Shown: positions 58,489 to 64,000 of the stretch, piece by piece
How the letters are laid out: every line of letters begins with the position of its first letter
Position numbering within the stretch: the first letter of the stretch is position 1
Program-made: the position numbers and the translations under genes
DNA from: Candidatus Colwellbacteria bacterium
GTDB lineage: Bacteria; Patescibacteriota; Minisyncoccia; UBA6257; Colwellbacteraceae
Direction of reading: 5' to 3'
Length of the DNA stretch: 64,000 bases
Assembly (NCBI GenBank): GCA_028710275.1
Contig: JAQTUL010000002.1
Location: forward strand, 12,855-76,854
The notes under the pieces: generated by a model
What the model was told of the DNA's origin: nothing
Seen by the model: the letters and a program-made list of their open reading frames with translations, nothing else
The model's database searches: none

Positions 58489-58992
58489 ATGACTACCCCG
58501 AATGATATTCTCCGGATGAGAAGAAATAAGATAGTCAAGACTACGCTGTTCGACTATACTCGGATGGAGTATTTCTTCATCCACTGCAGAGATGGACCTG
58601 TGTACATCCGGAAACTTATCAATGCGCCTCCGTTCAAGAAGATTGACTGGAGTATAGAGTATACAGGAAAGAATCGAGAGATGTACACAACTGTCGGTGA
58701 GTACTTCGTGATGATGTCTGTGAAAAAGATATTCGAATCTTTCACAAGAAAGGAGATGAATGGTTGGATCAAAGTTCTCTGTATTTTGATGGAGAGAGGA
58801 TTTCTGTCGCGAGAGATTATTACACGGGTTGAGTCGTACATCTCTCAAAAGAGAATGCCTCATATGTTGAGATGTGTTGTTCGCATTTTGATGAATAAGG
58901 CTCTTCTTTTTGTGAAGAGCCTGATCAAACACTCAGTATCAGCTGAGTACTATACAGGGGTTGATGATCTGATCTCTTCATATGTTTTGTGA
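58489..58992 (+). CDS. hypothetical protein
   Basis: 167 aa. ATG verified. Confidence 0.45.
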   Translation: MTTPNDILRMRRNKIVKTTLFDYTRMEYFFIHCRDGPVYIRKLINAPPFKKIDWSIEYTGKNREMYTTVGEYFVMMSVKKIFESFTRKEMNGWIKVLCILMERGFLSREIITRVESYISQKRMPHMLRCVVRILMNKALLFVKSLIKHSVSAEYYTGVDDLISSYVL

Positions 58993-59021
58993 AAGAGTGT
59001 TCGAACGATCACGGGCTAAAA

Positions 59022-60041
59022 ATGAAAATTGAGATAATACAACAAAAATCTTTACCTGTTGTATTACCTACACCTCACCAACCAATCATGTCGACAACGT
59101 GCAATATTTCCTTTAACTTTGGAACCATGAGTACAAAGAATCTCGAGGAGATCAGAGCGAATGTGAATCGAATTCTCGCGGCTCGTCGTCCTCTATCAAG
59201 TGTTTCCTACTTGAACCGACTTATGACCAAGGATCATATGAAGTACGAATATAAGTTTGTTCGAGAGACCAATAACGACGGTCTTCGTTATTGGAATTGT
59301 TTTTTGACTTATCGAAAGGCCGGTGACGATACTCTTCATACGTGGGGTTGTGATATTAATAAGAAGAAAGCAAAGCAGGTTGCAGCATCGGAAATGAGAC
59401 TATTCTTTGATGAAGAGTACTCGTATAACCCCCGAGATTATGATAAGCAGGAAATTGAAGCAAAATTCATTGACCCAATTGAAGATGATGACGAATACGA
59501 GGACGATTTTTATTACTCCGACGAAGACAAAGAGTCTCCATATTCATTGAGTGAGGATGAACGTTACATGTCACAGAAATATACTCCTATTCCGGTTGAG
59601 AGTGACTACGACAGTGACTACAATGGAAGTGATCTGGATGAAACTGATCGATCACCTCGTGTAGTCTATATTCATGGATTGAAGGATTTCGAGGACAATG
59701 ACGACGACTCAACATCCAATCCCGAATGGATGTCTGAGTGGAAGAATATGAATGATGGAGAGAAGAAGGAGTTTCTGGATAAGGAGATCGATGAATATAC
59801 CAATGAGACGATCGAACGAGGAAAATATCTCTCTAATCTTAAGGAATGTGTCGAAACTCTTCAAAACCTTCCATGGAAGAAAGAGATTCTGAAGACTATT
59901 TCAGAATCGAATGAGTCTACAGTGAGTGGTGATTGGGAGAAGTATGTTGTTTCTCTTCCACTACATACTCTCGATTTGAATACTTCTGACCAGAACGTGA
60001 TTATTGATATCAACGACGATGAATGGGAGATGATGATCTAA
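59022..60041 (+). CDS. hypothetical acidic protein
   Basis: The track start 58989 is GTG overlapping the upstream stop. The first ATG is at 59022 (MKIEIIQQ). Confidence 0.5.
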   Translation: MKIEIIQQKSLPVVLPTPHQPIMSTTCNISFNFGTMSTKNLEEIRANVNRILAARRPLSSVSYLNRLMTKDHMKYEYKFVRETNNDGLRYWNCFLTYRKAGDDTLHTWGCDINKKKAKQVAASEMRLFFDEEYSYNPRDYDKQEIEAKFIDPIEDDDEYEDDFYYSDEDKESPYSLSEDERYMSQKYTPIPVESDYDSDYNGSDLDETDRSPRVVYIHGLKDFEDNDDDSTSNPEWMSEWKNMNDGEKKEFLDKEIDEYTNETIERGKYLSNLKECVETLQNLPWKKEILKTISESNESTVSGDWEKYVVSLPLHTLDLNTSDQNVIIDINDDEWEMMI

Positions 60042-60062
60042 ATTACACGAGTAACTGAATAG

Positions 60063-60086
60063 ATTCAAAAGTTATAACTTTTGAAT
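60063..60086. terminator. hairpin ATTCAAAAGTT-at-AACTTTTGAAT after the 59022-60041 stop
   Basis: Perfect 11 bp arms. Confidence 0.45.
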
Positions 60087-60120
60087 TTAACCTTAAAGAC
60101 GTATAATCTTATAGTATCTA

Positions 60121-60762
60121 GTGACAATGTCCACTCAACCTTCAGAAATCTCTATCACCCGAGCGCTCGATGAACTTGTTCTCATCGACAAGCGTATTCA
60201 GAAGAAGGTGACCGAGGTTAACTTCATTACCTCTATCTCTAAGAAGAATAAGAGCTTTATCAATCCTGAACAGTTCGAACAGAACGCCAAGTCGGATTGG
60301 CAGTAGATTCGTGATCTGATTTCTCTTCGTCATCGAATGAAGGGTGCGATTGTTAAGAGTAATGCAGAGACGCTGGTGAAGGTTGGTGACGAGACTCTCA
60401 GTGTCGCAGAGGTGATCGAGCGCAAGAAGTCACTCTCTATTCACACCAATCTTCTCATGAAGCTGAAGACGCAACGAGAGAGTATTCTGCGTACATCGGA
60501 GTATGCAAACGCGCAGATGGAGCCCGAGCTTCAGAAGCTGATTGAGATTCATTTTGGTAAGTCTAGTAACGGAAAGACTAACCCTGATGACATTGAGGCG
60601 ATCAGTCGACCGTTCCGTGAGAACAACTGTACAAAGGTTATCGACCCTATTGGAATCGACAGTAAGATCAAGGAGTTGGAGACCTATGTCGAGAACTTTG
60701 AGCGTGAAGCAAAGTTTGTTCTCTCAGAGTCGAACGCATTGACTAAGATCAAGCTGAATTAA
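60121..60762 (+). pseudogene. two same-frame ORFs (60121-60306 and 60337-60762) separated by a single in-frame TAG; possible disrupted or readthrough gene
   Basis: Both ORFs are in frame 1. The translation across the stop reads ...NAKSDWQ*IRDLISLRHRMKGAIVKS... with protein-like sequence on both sides. Confidence 0.3.
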
Positions 60763-60786
60763 AAGTACCACAAATAAAGAAGTTTA

Positions 60787-61107
60787 GCCCCCTTCTTGCA
60801 CGAAGTTAGACACGCACCACCTGATCTACCTTTCTTGGGATGTAGGACAACACCTCAAAACAACCAATTATGGAAATTGTCAAAACTTAACTATCAGATC
60901 TCTGCGCCACGGTATAACGTGTGTGTGGTTTTCAACTATTAAGAATCATCTCTCAACTCTCACTAATCAAATTTTAACTCTCAACAAGAATGTGTAGTCG
61001 CATTCGATCAACAAACATTAAATCCGTGATCATGGTCGTCTCTGAAAAGAGATAAGGATATTAGATTAATCCTGTATGACACCACACGGCTGTGTAAGAA
61101 GGGGGCC
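60787..61107. ncRNA. candidate structured non-coding region: 467 bp ORF-free spacer with a 15 bp long-range stem (GCCCCCTTCTTGCAC / GTGTAAGAAGGGGGC, one G-U)
   Basis: No ORF of 60 aa or more on either strand across 60770-61236 in an otherwise gene-saturated window. The stem arms lie 290 nt apart. Confidence 0.25.
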
Positions 61108-61236
61108 CTTCAATTAACAAATTACTGAGTAATCTGTTAATATTTTGAAAGTTGGAACGAGAGCGTTTGATAATTGACGATAAAAATGATTGTTTGTCTG
61201 GATAGATAGTGAGTTTTACTTACTTCGTACTTCAAA

Positions 61237-61995
61237 ATGAGTAAACTCATTCCCGAACGAGGATCATTCTCAAAAGCTCCGGTGGGATCGTATCCCACTT
61301 GTTCCAACTTTTCAAAAGCTCCGGTGGGATACGATCACACTTGCCTAAGTGGTTCCAACTTTTCACGTCCGGAATTCTATCCAAGTGCTCGCGCCGGGAT
61401 GGGAACCCAACAGGGATTTCTCTATTCTAGTCCAGGTGTAGATATCATCCATAATGATGATCTGGAAGAGATTGTCATCCATACACCTCCTATGAAATCT
61501 CCACCACAAGTTCGTCAGATAATCAACGATGATTCGTACTGTTCCTCAAAAGTTATGATCGGAAATGTAAAGTTCCCTCTATCTATTTTTATTATTTTAG
61601 CAACTATCTTGACAGCATTGTCTATATGTGCTATTATTATTCACGATAGATATAGCAATACCACATGTATTGGATCATACAGTGGGATTGTATTTGGTTA
61701 TGTAAAATGGTTGTATATTTATGCATGGACAAATATTGGACTTATCGGGTGTATGTGTTGGTTGTTCATTATCTCTCGGTTCTCATCAATCAAAGTAGAT
61801 TCTCTAAAACTTAATATCCTGAGACTGGGATATCTTTTTCAGTTTGCATGGTATATCGTCGGAGCTGTTCTCTACTTTATTGAGATTAATGAATCATGCT
61901 CGTCGGGTGATATTCTCTACGATTTCGGTTTGGCTCTATTTATTTGTCAAACAGTCGTGTGGTTCACTATTTTATTTCAGGACCGAACAACGTGA
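61237..61995 (+). CDS. multi-pass membrane protein; N-terminal 45 aa encoded by dispersed-repeat copies
   Basis: Four C-terminal hydrophobic helices. The N-terminus FSKAPVGSYPTCSNFSKAPVGYDHTC is the reverse-complement reading of two repeat units. The true start may be a downstream ATG. Confidence 0.5.
   Translation: MSKLIPERGSFSKAPVGSYPTCSNFSKAPVGYDHTCLSGSNFSRPEFYPSARAGMGTQQGFLYSSPGVDIIHNDDLEEIVIHTPPMKSPPQVRQIINDDSYCSSKVMIGNVKFPLSIFIILATILTALSICAIIIHDRYSNTTCIGSYSGIVFGYVKWLYIYAWTNIGLIGCMCWLFIISRFSSIKVDSLKLNILRLGYLFQFAWYIVGAVLYFIEINESCSSGDILYDFGLALFICQTVVWFTILFQDRTT
61270..61372. repeat. two dispersed repeat copies (- orientation) at the 5' end of ORF 61237-61995
   Basis: ctcaaaagctccggtgggatcgtatcccacttgttccaacttttcaaaagctccggtgggatacgatcacacttgcctaagtggttccaacttttcacg. 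Confidence 0.85.
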
Positions 61996-62020
61996 AAGCC
62001 GCTCCCAACGATATCGAAGA

Positions 62021-62046
62021 ATAAATGTGACTTTAAAATATAGAGA
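62021..62046. terminator. hairpin CTTTAAAATA-tagaga-TATTTTAAAG after the 61237-61995 stop
   Basis: Perfect 10 bp arms. Confidence 0.45.
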
Positions 62047-62075
62047 TATTTTAAAGTAAAGTAACCTAACAAGCG

Positions 62076-62645
62076 ATGAGTTCTCCCTCCCTTAAAACTT
62101 ACGTCATCAATATCATCGGCGGACCGGGAGTAGGAAAATCCACTCTGTCAGCTCTTATTTATGCTCAGCTTAAACTGAACAAGTATGTCACTGAATATGT
62201 GCAGGAGTATGCGAAACAGCTCGTCTGGACAAAGGATTTTTCTAAACTGAACAATCAGTATTACGTAACAGATCACCAATATTCTCTATTCAAACGAATG
62301 GAAGGTCTTGTAGATTTTATTGTAACCGATGGACCTCTGTGTCATGGACTATACTACAATATTTACAATCCGGACAACACATCAAACGTCGAGAAGACGG
62401 AAGAGAAGATTCTTGAATGCCATCGAGAATTCAGAAACATAAATATCGTTCTTAAACGAGGACGATTTGAATATGAAACTCAGGGACGTCTTCAGGATAA
62501 GAATGAAGCGATAGATATTGATGGTCTTATTAAAGAACAGTTGGTTGAACACGAAATCCCGTTCAAGGAGTTTGTCGCAAGTCCTGATAGGAAGACTATC
62601 GAAGCTATCATTCAGTACATTGAAACTAACATAAATCTACTTTAG
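62076..62645 (+). CDS. P-loop nucleoside/nucleotide kinase-like protein
   Basis: N-terminus YVINIIGGPGVGKSTLSALI (Walker A in a kinase-like context). 189 aa. Confidence 0.45.
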   Translation: MSSPSLKTYVINIIGGPGVGKSTLSALIYAQLKLNKYVTEYVQEYAKQLVWTKDFSKLNNQYYVTDHQYSLFKRMEGLVDFIVTDGPLCHGLYYNIYNPDNTSNVEKTEEKILECHREFRNINIVLKRGRFEYETQGRLQDKNEAIDIDGLIKEQLVEHEIPFKEFVASPDRKTIEAIIQYIETNINLL

Positions 62646-62675
62646 TTAAAGTAAAAAATCTCTAATGAACTAGTC

Positions 62676-63008
62676 ATGAAAACCTTTCCTGATAAACTAC
62701 GTCCAGAGAATAGAGAACGATTTGTAGCTGAATATCGATTCAATCGAGAACTCTGTAAACTAAGACAGAGAATCGTCGATTATATGTATTCTGGAGATAA
62801 TAAGGGATTCGACCTTAAATCGTCTACAGACGGTAACGGACAATATGAGTATTCAACAATAGATCGTGAACTTGTAGATTCCGCGTGTAGAGAACTTCAT
62901 ACTCTTGGATGGAATACGGAATTAGCGTACGGAGAAACCACGCTTTTCATATTCAAGAATCGTTCAGAGCTTCCAATGATGAGTGATATGCAAGAGATCG
63001 ATTCGTAA
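62676..63008 (+). CDS. hypothetical protein
   Basis: 110 aa. ATG verified. Confidence 0.4.
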   Translation: MKTFPDKLRPENRERFVAEYRFNRELCKLRQRIVDYMYSGDNKGFDLKSSTDGNGQYEYSTIDRELVDSACRELHTLGWNTELAYGETTLFIFKNRSELPMMSDMQEIDS

Positions 63009-63240
63009 AGATTTATAATATTTACTGTATTATAAATATGTCAAAACTTGCACCCATAATTATGTTATGATGATGTTGTATTATGGTCTTAGTTTTGGGT
63101 GGATGTACATGTCAGAAGACAGGAACAGGATGGAGAATATAATCTCTATTCCCACACATACAAATTGATTATATTCTTATTCAAGAGAATATAATCACTC
63201 CTTCTCAAAAACCCACAGAGGAGGTTCCAACTTTTCAGAT

Positions 63241-63648
63241 ATGGCTACTCCGACAACTCACCTCCCGACCCGTATGTCGTATTACTCTCCAGTGGATTAT
63301 GGAGAGCGATATCACTATGTACATCCTTCTCTTCCAGGTATTCCTCCATCGTCTTACAATCCTCCCGCCCCAGGTGATAAGCTTTATGAAGTCAGTATCA
63401 AGGTAGAGGAGGTGAAGTCTTCTCTCCACCAAGCGATCGATAAGACTATTGCTCGTGGAGAACAACTTGAGGAGACTGAACGAAGGGCTCAGGAGCTTGA
63501 GAACAACTCCAACCGTTTTTATCGAGGAGCCCGTAATCTCAAGTGTATGTTCTGTAAAAAGAACGCGCGAATGATCGGATGTTGTCTATTTGCTCTTGCA
63601 CTTGTGATCTTCACAATCGTTATGATCGCAAAGTCGTATTCGAATTGA
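63241..63648 (+). CDS. synaptobrevin/VAMP-like R-SNARE, tail-anchored
   Basis: Pro-rich N-terminus. IDKTIARGEQLEETERRAQELENNSNRFYRGARNLKCMFCKKNARMIGCCLFALALVIFTIV aligns residue by residue with the VAMP2 SNARE motif ([58 protein letters not shown]), including the zero-layer Arg and the C-terminal TM helix. Confidence 0.6.
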   Translation: MATPTTHLPTRMSYYSPVDYGERYHYVHPSLPGIPPSSYNPPAPGDKLYEVSIKVEEVKSSLHQAIDKTIARGEQLEETERRAQELENNSNRFYRGARNLKCMFCKKNARMIGCCLFALALVIFTIVMIAKSYSN

Positions 63649-63668
63649 GAACTATAACGTTAAAATTG

Positions 63669-63696
63669 AATAAATCCTATTGTAATAGGATTTATT
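63669..63696. terminator. hairpin AATAAATCCTAT-tgta-ATAGGATTTATT 21 bp after the SNARE-like gene stop
   Basis: Perfect 12 bp arms. Confidence 0.5.
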
Positions 63697-64000
63697 CACC
63701 CGTTTATTAATCGATATCGATTCTGATATGCACACTCTCGTTAACTTCACCAAGAGGGAGAGGATCTGTGTCGGTAAGCCTGGTGAGGAACCGGTCTTTC
63801 AGATTCTCAAGGAGATGAAGTCTCGTTTCCAGTGGGATCTGGAAACTGATCAGATCGAACTCGTTGATTCAGAGAATCTCCAGAGTATGGGATACGCGTC
63901 AATCGATGGAGATGATGACGGGAGAGATACCAACACAGAGGAGAAGAAGCAGGATGATGGTATGAAACGAGAGGTATTTCTTGATCGAGGGTCGGAATTC

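Noticed and set aside
1-64000. tRNA genes
   Set aside because: I could not find a GTTCGAATCC-type T-arm or a cloverleaf candidate in the larger spacers (15372-15806, 25195-25563, 41515-41956, 60770-61236) by eye. tRNAscan would be needed to be sure.
1-64000. Marseilleviridae-type AAATATTT promoter octamer
   Set aside because: Only an isolated occurrence near 5195 and no enrichment upstream of starts. It therefore does not support a family assignment. A few Mimiviridae-early-like AAAATTGA octamers occur (8329, 11664, 41912, 63661), but too few to call.

Overview
This 64 kb window is a densely packed, intron-free, mostly plus-strand stretch of protein-coding DNA that looks like part of a nucleocytoplasmic large DNA (giant) virus genome. 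It looks moderately AT-rich by eye. It holds about 60 ORFs separated by very short spacers, and several overlap by ATGA or by stops. The gene content is typical of giant viruses:
- a bifunctional DHFR-thymidylate synthase;
- a PIF1-like SF1 helicase and a D6/D11-like SF2 helicase, each interrupted by a LAGLIDADG intein;
- three further helicases: a GIY-YIG/T5orf172-SF1 fusion, a restriction-res-like SF2 helicase with duplicated helicase-associated (HA) domains, and an A18-like SF2 NTPase;
- a Rad50/SbcC-like ATPase with a zinc hook;
- an ExoIII-type AP endonuclease;
- a Nudix decapping-like hydrolase;
- a poxvirus A22-like Holliday junction resolvase;
- a dual-specificity phosphatase, an S/T kinase-like protein and a RING+TRAF zinc-finger protein;
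- an ERI-1-like exonuclease, a Dam-type N6-adenine methyltransferase and a HAD 5'(3')-deoxyribonucleotidase.
I cannot assign the virus family without a database search. Marseilleviridae-like or Mimiviridae-like are guesses only.
Features the gene list does not explain:
1. A dispersed roughly 42-50 bp repeat family (core GGAGCTTTTGAAAAGTTGGAAC, often carrying the palindrome GTGGGATCGTATCCCAC) occurs at 12 or more places, including a 3x tandem array, intergenic copies and in-frame copies inside four ORFs.
2. Nearly every intergenic spacer carries a unique perfect hairpin palindrome with 9-20 bp arms, usually just downstream of a stop codon and just upstream of the next ATG, consistent with a hairpin-rule 3'-end signal.
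3. A paralogous gene (14457-15371 and 40645-41514, both minus strand) has been duplicated together with a roughly 130 bp upstream element full of nested inverted repeats.
4. Two paralogous genes fuse 55-61 aa zinc-ribbon repeats to a Vsr/DUF559-like PD-(D/E)xK nuclease, one with recently amplified 183 bp internal repeats.
5. A 135 aa tail-anchored protein shows a clear synaptobrevin-like R-SNARE motif.
6. A 467 bp ORF-free region is enclosed by a 15 bp long-range stem.
The ORF track treats TTG and GTG as starts. I moved several starts to the first in-frame ATG where I could verify it in the sequence.
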